DNA of 64,000 nucleotides from Octopus bimaculoides (Eukaryota): assembly GCF_001194135.2 (NCBI RefSeq), contig NC_069006.1, positions 17,711,313 through 17,775,312 of the forward strand. Direction: 5' to 3'. This document shows positions 12,110 through 24,110 of this stretch, piece after piece (position 1 is the stretch's first letter; the number at the start of each line of letters is the position of its first letter). Below the pieces are notes generated by a model. It made no database searches. It was not told where the DNA came from and saw only the letters and a list, made by a program, of their open reading frames with translations. Made by a program: the position numbers and the translations under genes.

Positions 12110-12495
12110 TGCAGAGTGGCTGTGTGGTAAGTAGCTTGCTTACCAACCATATAGTTCCGGGTTCATTCCCACTGCGTGGCACCTTGGGCCGACCAAAGCC
12201 TTGTGAGTGGATTTGGTAGATGGAAACTGAAAGAAGCCCGTCGTATATATGTATATATATATATATATATGTATACATGTGTGTGTTTGTGTGTCTGTGT
12301 TTGTCCCCCCAGCATCGCTTGACAACCGATGCTGGTGTGTTTACGTCCCCTGTAACTTAGCGGTTCGGCAAAGGAGACCGATAGAATAAGTACTAGGCTT
12401 CCAAAGAATAAGTCCTGGGGTCGATTTGCTCGACTAAAGGCGGTGCTCCAGCATGGCCGCAGTCAAATGACTGAAACAAGTAAAAGAGTAAAGAG
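12110..12495 (+). mobile_element. SINE family A, near-intact
   Basis: Head gagtggctgtgtggtaag (A-box-like) and gggttcattccc (B-box-like), then ggcaccttgggc, a microsatellite spacer, and tail cagcatggccgcagtcaaatgactgaaacaagtaaaagagtaaagagt. Confidence 0.95.
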
Positions 12496-13434
12496 TATGT
12501 ATGTGTGTTTTGTGTAGATGTGTATGTTTTGTATAGGTGTGTGTTGTGCAGATGTATGTGCTCTGTTCATGTGTGAGTGTGTAGATGTATATTTTGTGTA
12601 GGTGTGTGTGTGTTATGCTGGTGTGTGTCTGTGTTATGCAGTGTGTGTGTGTGTATTGTGTAGCTATATGTATGTTATATGTAAGCAACTATGCTGGAGG
12701 TCTTTTCTGTATAGATATCTCTAGCTGTGTAGATGCCTATGTTATGTAAACATTATTGCCATACAAACTATTTTTTAAAGCTTAATATGAGATCTATGTT
12801 ATGTAAGTGTGATTTCTAATATGGCAGCTATGTGAGGTCTTTGCTGTGTAAATACAATCTTAGTATGTGATTTGTGTGTGTGTGTGTGTGTGTATGTATG
12901 AGTGGCTAACATGAATCCTGATGGGTGTGTGTGTGTGTCTGTGCCTGGTGCTTGTCTGTGTAGTGTTTTGTGTCTGATCGTTTAGGTATTGTGTGACTGT
13001 ATCATGTGTATGTTGTTGTGTAAGTGATTCTTAAATGTTGCTATCTAATTTTACAATGTTTTTTAGTTGTTGCTGTTGTTTATAAGGTGGTGGTGGTGTT
13101 GGTGGGGAATGTTTCTGTGTTTTGTGATGATGATGTTGGTGGCGGTGGTGGTGGTGTTGGAGGAGTGGACTGGTGTTTGTCAGATGATTTAATGGGTGTG
13201 TGTGTGTGTGTGTGTGTGTGTGTATTTAGTCAGGGCTATTCGTTAGTATTGTGTTTCTGAGGAGTTTCTAACATCATCACAATCTGCAACACCTTGTTTT
13301 TATATATACATATATATACATATATATAAAGAGAGACGGAGAGAGAGAAAGAGAATTTCTATATTTGTTTACTTACTTCATTAGTTGCTTGTTTGATTTT
13401 AGGGCAGATACAACTGTTAACAAATCCAATGGAG

Positions 13435-13492
<58 letters not shown>

Positions 13493-13878
13493 CATTTGTG
13501 TGTTGATATATATATGTATTCATGCTTTGCATGTCTCTCCTGTGTGTGTGAGAGAGAGAAAGAGAGCAGTATGGACATTTTTCAAACTTGAGATTGAAAA
13601 GATGTTTTCTTATTTTTACACAGCGCATGTATGTTTGTGTAAATGAGTGTATGTGTATGTATATATATATATATATTCTATATATATATATATATATATA
13701 TATGTAAATGTGTGTGTGTGTATATATATATATGCATGTGCAGGTGTGTGTACATACATGTATGCACATACATAGGTACATATGTATGTATATATTAAGT
13801 GGGGGTAAGAGAGAAATAGAGTAAAAGAATGGGTCTGAGCTGTATGGCTCCATCAAAATATATGTTCTAGCAGTTCTG

Positions 13879-13924
<46 letters not shown>

Positions 13925-14083
13925 ACTCTGTATGTGTGTGTGTGTGTGTGTGTGTGTGAAATGAGTGTAGGGATGTGTTTAATGTGTAGTTGTTATCACC
14001 ACGCAGTGCTGGATGTTGATTTTATTACCAAATACTTTGGCACTTACTCAAAACAAACCACTTAGTGTTTACAGCCTGCAATG

Positions 14084-14127
<44 letters not shown>

Positions 14128-14553
14128 CTATTCAGTTGTGTGTATTTGTGTGTGCTTTTTTGTGAGTGAGAGTGGAAGAATATTGGCCTGCAGAAGATGG
14201 AATTTCTACTACTGCTAGGGGGAGGTTATGGGTTCAAATTCTGCCAGAAGCAATCTTGTCTGGTTTTGATTTCAGCATGAGACATGTCATGTGAGTCTGA
14301 GTAAATCTATCAAGATAAACAGATGTATCACTGCAACAATTAATTATTACCTCTGCCTTCAGCATTACAGCAGGGGAGAGTCTGTTTTAATTAGTGTGGT
14401 AGTGTTGATTGGATGCAGCATGGTTGAGTGGTTAAGAAGTGGCATCTTAGGGAAATGCCATTTAATGCAACCTCAGATCAACTCAAGCCTTTTGAATGAA
14501 ATCATGTAGATAGAAACTGTGTTGAAGCCCATTGGCTGGATTGTTCCTTATAG

Positions 14554-15078
14554 TTAACCCTTAAGCATTTAGATTACTCTGTCAAATGTGATGCTTATTT
14601 ATTCACATTGCTTTCAATTAATCATACATTATCTCATTGATTTGTGAGTGGGTGCAAAAGGCCAGATCTGGCCAGTTAGAACATAAACAGGAAGAATATT
14701 TGAGCCTGATATGGCCATTTTGAACCCATTAGTATTTAAACTGGCCATATTCAGCCCAAATATTCTACCTGACCAGATCTAGCCTTTCACACCTACTCTA
14801 CAATATCATTCTAAAAATAAACCATCACATCGTTGAAATCTCAAAACTGTGAGATAATGCATGATTAACCTATTAGATTTTAAACTGGCCATATCTGACC
14901 CAAATATTTTAACTGTTTTCCTGTTGAAACCCACCAGATCCAGACTCTCACACCTCCCTTGCAATGTCATTTTGAAATTAAACAATCACATCTTCAAAAT
15001 CTTGAAGCTATGAGATAATGCATGATAAATTCAAAACAGTGTGGATAAATAAGCACCTGGGAATTATGTTAAGGGTAC
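14554..15078. mobile_element. Cluster of three family G MITE copies (one forward, two reverse)
   Basis: Copies start ttaacccttaagcattt (14554), ttgaacccattagtattt (about 14720) and ttaacctattagatttt (14865). Confidence 0.75.
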
Positions 15079-15520
15079 ATGCAATAGTTGTGAGGTTATA
15101 GTGTGATAGTTGTGAGATTACAATGTAATAGTTGTGAAGTTGTGGTTACAGTACAATGATTGTGATTACAGTGCAGTACTTTGTGAGATTACAATGCAAT
15201 AGTTGTGCAGTTACAGTACAATAGTTGTGAGGTTACAATGCAATAGTTGTGAGGTTACAATGCAATAGTTGTGAGGTTACAATGCAATAGTTGTGCAGTT
15301 ACAGTACAATAGTTNNNNNNNNNNATAGTTGTGAGGTTACAATGCAATAGTTGTGAGGTTACAATGCAATAGTTGTGCAGTTACAGTACAATAGTTGTGA
15401 GGTTACAATGCAATAGTTGTGAGGTTACAGTGCAATAGTTGTGAGGTTACAGTGCAATAGATTTTAGGCTAGAGAGTAATAGTTGCGAGGTTACAGTGCG
15501 ATAGTTGTGAGGTTATAGTA
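15078..15520. repeat. 22-bp minisatellite (caatagttgtgaggttacaatg)n
   Basis: Direct tandem units with variant caatagttgtgcagttacagta; N gap at 15315-15324; decays until about 15620. Confidence 0.95.
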
Positions 15521-15869
15521 TAATAATTTTAATGTTCATGATGCCGCAATTGTGAGGTTGTAATGCAGTGATTTTTGCGATATAGGTGCAGCAGTCGTGA
15601 AGTTAAGGTGCCAACTTGGTCATCTGTACTCAAGAGCTTATGTAGTCATTGTGTATTCATTTGCTATTCAGAGCTATTTAGATGATACATGACACTGTAT
15701 TCTTATTAACAAAGCAGTTTCAAGCCTTGCTGCTATTAAGTCATGGTCCAGGAGTTACCAATAGGAAGTTCAACCAACTGTGAAAACAATTGCTTTGCAA
15801 AAAAATATAAATGCATAAAATAAAAAAATAAAAGCATCACTCATTCTATTGTATGAAAGAAAATATATG

Positions 15870-16033
15870 TAAAACAGCATGTGCATGTGTTCACATACAA
15901 GTACACACACATCTATACATCAGCACATCATATTTCACACATGCATTCACATGTTGCTCACATGTACATACTCACACATCTACATCCACAAGCCTTATGT
16001 ATACACACACACATCCACAAGCATCATGTATAC

Positions 16034-16069
<36 letters not shown>

Positions 16070-16460
16070 GCCACTCACATGTACTTACACATCCACATAC
16101 TGCTGATTGTACATATGCACACATAAACTGGCAACTTACATGTACATACACATACATCCACAGACCACTCATGTACATCCACGTGCTATTCACATGCGCA
16201 CACACACACACACACACACAGACATCTACATGTTGTTCACATACCACATTACATACACACACACACACACACTCATCTATACAGCAATCATGCTCACATG
16301 TACACACATACATCTACACATCATCACACACACACACACACTCATATTTATACACATGCACACCATATTACACACCCTTGTCCACGCAAGTCATACGCAC
16401 ATGTATACACACACAGACTGGCACAGTTGCACACGTGTACACTTACACATGTGCAGCATG
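15870..16460. repeat. CA/TA-rich low-complexity tract
   Basis: Direct reading; source of the H/T/Y-rich pseudo-ORFs. Confidence 0.9.
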
Positions 16461-16921
16461 GCTGCAAAAACATCAATAATTCCATTAAATACAAACTTTA
16501 AAGTTAAGACTCAATACATAATATGTAAACTTATTGATTTTTAAAATGTCTAACACATGTTTTAATAAATAATAGTTTATAATTTCTGAATTTTAATAGG
16601 TTCTTTTTAAACACCAAGTTATTTTATTGTCTCAGTAGAGGGCAATAAATTTTGAGTTTAGGTTGGTATCAGAGTTATGTTGTAGTTAATGTCTATGTCA
16701 AATATTTCACACACACACTTATATCTCATGATCAACTCACAGACACACGCATACACATATATATATATATTTATCAAAAGAAACACACACACACACATAT
16801 ATCACCAATAAAAAAAAAATACGTACTTACATACATACTGTTTATTGCCACTTCAATATGGCTGTTTTGTAATATAGTTACTACTTTCATCTCTTAGAGA
16901 GATTTATAACTAGCTACTTTG

Positions 16922-16957
<36 letters not shown>

Positions 16958-16964
16958 GTATTAT

Positions 16965-17348
16965 TCTTTTATTTGTTTGTCATTTGACTGTGGCCATGCT
17001 CGAGCACTGCCTTTAGTCGAACAAATCGACCCCAGGACTTATTCTTTGTGAGCCTAGTACTTATCCTATCGGTCTCTTTTGCCAAACCGTTAAGATACAG
17101 GGACATAAACACGCCAATATCGGTTGTCAAGCGATGATGGAGGGACAAACACACACATACATATATGTGTGTGTGTGTGTGTGTATATATATATGACAGG
17201 CTTCTTTCAGTTTCCAAATCCACTCACAAGGCTTTGGTCGGCCCAAGGCTATAGTAGAAGACACTGGCCCAAGGTACCATGCAGTGGGACTGAATCCGGA
17301 ACAATGTGGTTGATAAGCAAGTTACTTACCACACAGCCATGTCTGCAC
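16965..17348 (-). mobile_element. SINE family A
   Basis: Full head-spacer-tail homology. Confidence 0.9.
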
Positions 17349-17647
17349 CNNNNNNNNNNNNNNNNNNNNNNNNNNNNNNNNNNNNNNNNNNNNNNNNNNN
17401 NNNNNNNNNNNNNNNNNNNNNNNNNNNNNNNNNNNNNNNNNNNNNNNNNNNNNNNNNNNNNNNNNNNNNNNNNNNNNNNNNNNNNNNNNNNNNNNNNNNN
17501 NNNNNNNNNNNNNNNNNNNNNNNNNNNNNNNNNNNNNNNNNNNNNNNNNNNNNNNNNNNNNNNNNNNNNNNNNNNNNNNNNNNNNNNNNNNNNNNNNNNN
17601 NNNNNNNNNNNNNNNNNNNNNNNNNNNNNNNNNNNNNNNNNNNNNNN

Positions 17648-17685
<38 letters not shown>

Positions 17686-18057
17686 ATACACATATATATA
17701 TCATCATTATCAATACATATTCGCACAAAATATAAACAAATGAAGTAGATCCATGCAGTCAGTGACATTGTTTCGAAATGCATGAACTTGTAATGTGTTC
17801 GTATTATTTTTTAATGCTGTGTGTTTGCGAGAGAAAGAGAGAGCAGGGTGGATAGAGAGAGATTGCTTCAATATGTCCATCTCTTATCAGTTGACACAAT
17901 CTGTTAATACTGTACGCATGTAAGTATATACAAATATAGCAGGACACTGATGAGGTGAAGTGCAAGATTGCGTAATGTTTCGGCATCTCTTATCAGTTGA
18001 ACCAGTCTGTTAATGTTGTATGTATGTGTGTCTGTGTTAGTGTATGTGTGTATATAT

Positions 18058-18428
18058 TACATTGTTTCAGTTTTTGAACTGCAGCCATGCTAGGGTACAG
18101 CCTTGAAGGGTTCAGCCAAACAAATTGACCCCACTCCTTATTTTTAAGCCTGGTACTTATTCTATTGAACTCTTTTTGTCAAACTGATAAGTGAACATGA
18201 ACAAACCAGCACTGATTATCAAGCAGTGATGGTGGAACAAAAACAAAGACAACACACTCACACACACACATGATAAGCTTATGTCAGTTCCCATCTACCA
18301 CATGCGCTCTCAAGGCATCAGTTGACCCGGGGCTATAGTAGAATAGCATTTACCCGAGGTGCCATGCCGTAGGACTGAACTCAAGTGGATGGGTAGCAAG
18401 TTTCATACCACACAGCCATATCTGTACC
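18058..18428 (-). mobile_element. SINE family A, older copy
   Basis: Diverged homology over head and tail. Confidence 0.8.
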
Positions 18429-18448
18429 TATATATATATATATAAATT

Positions 18449-18771
18449 AGGAGCACTCCGTCGGTTACGACGACGAGGGTCCCAGCTGATACGATCAATG
18501 GAACAGCCTGCTCATGAAATTAACGTGCAAGTGACTGAGCAATCCACAGACACATGTACCCCTAACGTAGTTCTCAGGGAGACTCAGCGTGACACATTGC
18601 GTGACAAGGCCGGCTCTTTTTGAAATGCAGGTACTAATTTTTGCCAGCTGAGTGGACTGAAACAATGTGAAATAAAGTGTCTTGCTCAAGGACACAATGC
18701 ATTGCTAGGAATTGAACTCACAACCTTACGATCGTGAGCCGAATGCCCTAACCACTAAGCCACGTGCCTTC
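18449..18771 (-). mobile_element. SINE family D (tRNA-derived head)
   Basis: Reverse complement begins gaaggcacgtggcttagtggttagggcattcggctcacgatcgtaaggttgtgagttcaattcc; homologous to 53900-54230. Confidence 0.9.
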
Positions 18772-20013
18772 ACTATACATATATATATATATATAGAAAG
18801 AGAGAGAGTATTGGTTTGGTGTATGATGCAAGATTGTACATAGGATGTATGTTATTGTTAAAGTTGTTGTCTAGTCCAAATCAGTTGTGATTTCATAGCT
18901 ATGACATCTACATAGTTAGTAGACTAACTGGGTGGTGGCATCTACAAATCTCTCGGTGTCAATAACTTACACAAGCATGGCTTATTTTCTGTGTTTCCTT
19001 TTATGTGAATGTGTATTTAGTTGATATGATTAGTTAATACAACCAGTTAATATTGGCAGTTTATCAGCAATAAAAGTGAATTTCTGTGCACATGTGTGGT
19101 GAGTTTAGTGTTGTGGAAAGGATATTGATTGCACCTGAACATCAACAGTCTTTGTTGTCTGTTGTAGATGGTCTGAGTATTTGCGCCTGGAAAGCTCTTC
19201 TCCAAAATGCAGGTTTATGCAAGTTATTATTATCATTGTTATTACTGTTAAGGCAACGAGCTGGTAGAATCGTTAGCACACCAGGGAAAATACCCATCAA
19301 CACCAGTTGTCAAGTGATGGTGGGGGACAGACACAGACTCAAAAGCACACACACACACACACNNNNNNNNNNGTTTCCATCTACCAAATCCACTCACAAT
19401 GCTTTGGTTGGCCTGAGGCTATTGTAGAAGACACTTGCCTAAGGTGGGAGTGAACCCAGAACCATGTGGTTGGGAAGCAAACTTCTTAGCACACAGCTTT
19501 GCCTGTGCCTTATGGGAATGATTCAGTCACCAAACACTACAATTATTGGATTATGACTCCGAGTTTCCTCTTCTGTTCTACTACTACTACTACTACTACT
19601 AAATCATCAACAATATCTGCTCCTATGAAGTAACTAGTTGCATACTGCCCTCCCCCAACCAGACACATGTGATGCTGTGCTTCACATTAATTAATTACCA
19701 TGCCCAGTTCTCACCCACACATACACACACACTCAACATCAGCCCTCTGGAAAATAACCTGCTACTCATGGTTTTATGTGCTGATATGGACCTAGAGTTG
19801 TTTTAAGTAAACGTCCTGAATACGACGTTAATCTGACCTGGAGAGCATACAGAGGTGACAGGCATTGCCTCCTGACTAAACCTTTCAATTAAAATAAAAG
19901 GAGAACAGATAGCCAGCTTTATAATATGATATATTTGACAAATTGCTTATAAAATTGAGTAGCCCCCCCTCTTTCTCTCTCATTCTCTCTCTCTGTCTAT
20001 CTATCTAATATAT

Positions 20014-20607
20014 NNNNNNNNNNNNNNNNNNNNNNNNNNNNNNNNNNNNNNNNNNNNNNNNNNNNNNNNNNNNNNNNNNNNNNNNNNNNNNNNNNNNNNN
20101 NNNNNNNNNNNNNNNNNNNNNNNNNNNNNNNNNNNNNNNNNNNNNNNNNNNNNNNNNNNNNNNNNNNNNNNNNNNNNNNNNNNNNNNNNNNNNNNNNNNN
20201 NNNNNNNNNNNNNNNNNNNNNNNNNNNNNNNNNNNNNNNNNNNNNNNNNNNNNNNNNNNNNNNNNNNNNNNNNNNNNNNNNNNNNNNNNNNNNNNNNNNN
20301 NNNNNNNNNNNNNNNNNNNNNNNNNNNNNNNNNNNNNNNNNNNNNNNNNNNNNNNNNNNNNNNNNNNNNNNNNNNNNNNNNNNNNNNNNNNNNNNNNNNN
20401 NNNNNNNNNNNNNNNNNNNNNNNNNNNNNNNNNNNNNNNNNNNNNNNNNNNNNNNNNNNNNNNNNNNNNNNNNNNNNNNNNNNNNNNNNNNNNNNNNNNN
20501 NNNNNNNNNNNNNNNNNNNNNNNNNNNNNNNNNNNNNNNNNNNNNNNNNNNNNNNNNNNNNNNNNNNNNNNNNNNNNNNNNNNNNNNNNNNNNNNNNNNN
20601 NNNNNNN
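20014..20607. other. Assembly gap (one of many; other large gaps 899-1037, 17350-17647, 25181-25464, 29253-29823, 39967-40432, 52279-52687)
   Basis: Runs of N, mostly bordered by microsatellite or minisatellite. Confidence 1.
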
Positions 20608-20995
20608 TCTTTTATTGTTTATCTTTCACTTATTTCAATCATTGGACAACAGCCATGCTGGAGCATCACCTTGAAGGGTTTAGTCAAACAAGTTGATCCC
20701 AGCTCTTATCTGTTTGGTCTCTTTTTTTGCCAAACTACTAAGTTATGAGGACATAAAGAAACATACGCCAGTTGTGAAGCTGTGGTGAAGGATAAACACA
20801 AGTACAATGGTACGCTCCCCCCCACACACACACACACGCGCGCGCACGCTCACATTCATACAATATGTATAAATATATATAGATGCAGGTGTGGCAAGAA
20901 GCTTATTTCTCAACCACATGGTTCTGGGTTCAGTCCCACTGCATGGCATCTTGGGCAAGTATCTTTTACTGCAGGCTGACCAAATTTTTGTGAGT
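20608..20995. mobile_element. SINE A tail (minus strand) adjacent to SINE A head (plus strand)
   Basis: Tail homology on minus at 20608-20830, head homology on plus at about 20878-20995. Confidence 0.7.
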
Positions 20996-21771
20996 GTGCA
21001 TGTGCATGCATGTGTGCTTAATTTGAGGTTACTATTTCAAAGCTAGTTTAAAGAATAAAACAAAACATTTACTGATGGTGGGATTCAATACTGGGTGTAG
21101 ACTGAAATATATTGTCCTAGTCAACTTGAGTATTATATTTGTGCGTGTGTGTGTGCATATATAACAAATTCTCAATGTAGATGACATACTACACACACAC
21201 ACACACACATATACATACACCCACTCATAAATTTACTTGCATATATCTACATATGCACAATTTACACATTGTATACACACAGACATAGAAACACAACATA
21301 GTAAATATCTATTTACATAAAACTCTCACAGTCGTGTATTAATTTGCACTTGTATTCTAAATATATTTAATTGCTTAATTGATAAAAGCCACACACTAGC
21401 TTACTAAGTATAGTATACAAACACACGCACAAGCCAGTTATAGATGATGATAACAGCTTCTCCAAAGTCACTCACCTTCCCCTGCTCATCTTTTCTCCCC
21501 TATTAAGCGCTATTTATCATTGTCACTGTCACATGTAATTTGTCCTGTTATTAAGAAAGGCATATTGTTATGTAGCCCTACAGTGGTATATCTGCCATAA
21601 TCCTGCTCTATTCACCAGTTGTAGCCTAATAAGTCTTCCCTATCACTTTCACAATATGATAAAGTTCTTCCTTTGACATTTCAGCTGTATTCCAGCTTAC
21701 AGCATGTCATACTGCCTGTTCTTCTCCTTTGTAACTATCCATCCCCACTAAATAAGTAGCAAGGGTATATC

Positions 21772-22020
21772 ATCATCATTTAACATCTGTTTTCCATGCT
21801 GTCATGGATTGGACGGTTTGACTAGAGCTGGTAAGCCAGAGAGCTGCAGACAAGTTTCAGATGTCTATTTTGGCTTGGATTCTACAGCTGGATGCCCTTC
21901 CTAACACCAACCATTCTACAGAATGTACTGGGTGTCTTTTATGTGTCACTGGCTTGGGTACCTTTTACATGTCACCAGCACTGGCCATGAGCACGATTTC
22001 ACTTCACCTTGACATGTTTT
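21772..22020 (-). mobile_element. SINE family E
   Basis: catcatcatttaacatctgtttccatgctg...acagctggatgcccttcctaacacc. Confidence 0.85.
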
Positions 22021-22380
22021 TCAGTATCTGTTCGAGTTCTTTATTGCCTGCGACAACACTGGTACAAAGTTGTATTGGCTGTGATTTGTGGCACATCCTT
22101 CAGATGAACATCAGTCGCATGAAAAGGGGAGAATAATATGCATTGATTACTGCTAATATTTGAAAAATTTTGCTAACATTCACACATACATGTGCAGATG
22201 CATGGTCTAGCTTGACTGACATAGACCCTACAAGCCCTTGCTACACCCCATATCTGATCTGATCGAGCAAATCTATGTACGATCAAAAGTCTTTTAGGTG
22301 TGATCCTTTCTTAGTGCATATTAAGTGAAGATATGTGGCCTCTGTGTGTGTGTGTGTGCGTGTGCACGCACATACACACA

Positions 22381-22568
22381 AATAAACCACTCCAGTACAC
22401 TGTGGACTGTGGAGTGGTTATCATTAGGAAAGGCGTCCAGCTGCAGAAACCATGCCAGAACAGATAATGGAGTCTGGTGTGAGGCCCCGGCCTTAGCAAC
22501 TCTGGTGAAACTGTCCAACCCATGCCAGCATGGAAAACCAACGTTAAATGGTGATGATGATGATGATA
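22381..22568 (+). mobile_element. SINE family E with (GAT)n tail
   Basis: ttaggaaaggcgtccagctgcagaaacc...acccatgccagcatggaaaaccaacgttaaatggtgatgatg. Confidence 0.85.
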
Positions 22569-22571
22569 TAT

Positions 22572-23548
22572 ATAATCCCCTCCAACCTGATCTACTGCAT
22601 CAGATGCAACCTATATAACAAAATATGCGTGGGTCAGATGGGCCGCCGGCTGGCCGACCGTTTCACTGAACACCTAAGGGACGTTCGGTTAGGTTCGGAC
22701 TCCCCCGTCGCCCGTCACTTCCACTTGGCCAACCACTCCCCCTCTAACATCTCCGTTTTTGGAGTCGCTCTGCACCATGGATCCACTCCCTCGCGAGTCC
22801 AATTGGAACAGCGCTATATTTTTAACCTAAGAACATCTTTCCCCTTCAGACTCAACACAGCCCCCTCCTCCTTATGACTGTCTCCTTTACGACAATGCAA
22901 CACTTTTCTTTATTTTTTCTTATTATTTTTTCTTTGTTTTCTCCACTTTTTTCTTTTTTATTAACCACTCCCCCCTTATCCACTTTACCTTACTTCCATT
23001 ACTCACTATTTTATTACAATCATTACAATTTTTCACAATTTAATTCATCTCTTCCTACACGTACACATACCCACACACACAAAAAATACACGCACATGTA
23101 TGCACACCTACCCCCCCCCCCCNNNNNNNNNNNNNNNNNNNNNNNNNNNNNNNNNNNNNNNNNNNNNNNACACACATGCACTTACACGCTCAGATTCGCC
23201 CACACACTTATACAAACGCACACTTGCGCATATATACACACACACATACTAACAGATAAACAGCCAAACTACGCACACACACACACACATATTCACCTCC
23301 CCTTTTCACTCTCCTGTCTTAGAAAGAACTTTTCCTCCACCACTTTCTCTTCCGGTCTTTCCACAATGTAACCTCGTGGACATCGGTGGCGATTTTTTTT
23401 CTCTCCGTTTTTCCCTTCTTTGAACTTTCCTTGTTTCTGACGAAGAGCTCCGCTCGAAACGCCATACTCTCTCTCTTTCCTTTCCCGAGCGTCTAGTAGC
23501 ACTATCTGTATCACGTTGTTGTGTTTTGTCTTTTTCCTTTTTTTGAAC
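22572..23548 (+). mobile_element. Penelope-like element 3' fragment: GIY-YIG endonuclease coding end plus 3' UTR/pseudo-LTR
   Basis: ORF 22548-22877 reads SNLIYCIRCNLYNKICVGQMGRRLADRFTEHLR..PVARHFH..H..EQRYIFNLRTSFPFRLN, the typical PLE GIY-YIG C-terminus. The expected CxxC and Y(I/V)G residues are substituted (CNLY, CVG). Confidence 0.9.
23433..23467 (+). ncRNA. Minimal hammerhead ribozyme motif (PLE type), cleavage triplet mutated
   Basis: GTTT-CTGACGA-A-GAGC tcc GCTC-GAAAC-GCC-ATAC: core intact, 4-bp stem II, imperfect stem I, GCC in place of GUH. Confidence 0.75.
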
Positions 23549-23561
23549 TATATATATATAT

Positions 23562-23700
23562 GGGAGAATTTACGAAAAAAACAACAGAAGAGGACAAGTG
23601 GTGTAAACAACAAATGGATGTATTAGTTTAACGGTCGGGAATAGAGAAAGTCTTTAACGTTTCGAGCTACGCTCTTCAACAGAAAGAAATAAGGAGAAAA
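23562..23700 (-). mobile_element. Second PLE-type 3' end (pseudo-LTR), inverted
   Basis: Carries a hammerhead motif and a ttcccgaccgtt segment parallel to ttcccgagcgtc in the first copy; ends at the same (TA)n tract. Confidence 0.7.
23651..23687 (-). ncRNA. Minimal hammerhead ribozyme motif, core A6 mutated
   Basis: Minus strand TCTTT-CTGTTGA-A-GAGC gta GCTC-GAAAC-GTT-AAAGA: 5-bp stem I, 4-bp stem II, palindromic AACGTT stem III. Confidence 0.75.
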
Positions 23701-23899
23701 AAAAATTTTAATGTCCTAGTCAGCGATGACAGCAGGTTTTATTAGTGATAGAAAATGCTGCATTCCTTCAAAGCAATGGGGAAAACTATTGATGAATTTC
23801 TTACTTAAAGAACCAGTCAAGAACTCGAGTGAGTTTTTTTTTTGTTTTTTTTTTTACTAACAACCCCCTCATCCCAAATTTTTACCCTTGTGCCTGCGC

Positions 23900-24110
23900 T
23901 AGAAACAATTATTATTGCCATCATCATATTCTTTCCATCACCACCACCACCACCAGTCTCACTGTTGCCATATCTCTCGTTCTCCACATTATCTTCATCA
24001 CCATTTACTATCACCCTGTTCATCTTCACCGTCACCACCACCATTACCATCACAACCATCTTACCAATCTCCACCATCGTCACCACCACATCCAGGAACA
24101 TGCTGTGTTT
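23900..24110. repeat. (CCA/CAT)n low-complexity tract
   Basis: Direct reading. Confidence 0.85.

Noticed and set aside
12110-12190. tRNA genes at SINE heads (also 45455, 53250, 53900)
   Set aside because: A/B-box-like motifs run straight into SINE bodies and lack a complete cloverleaf.
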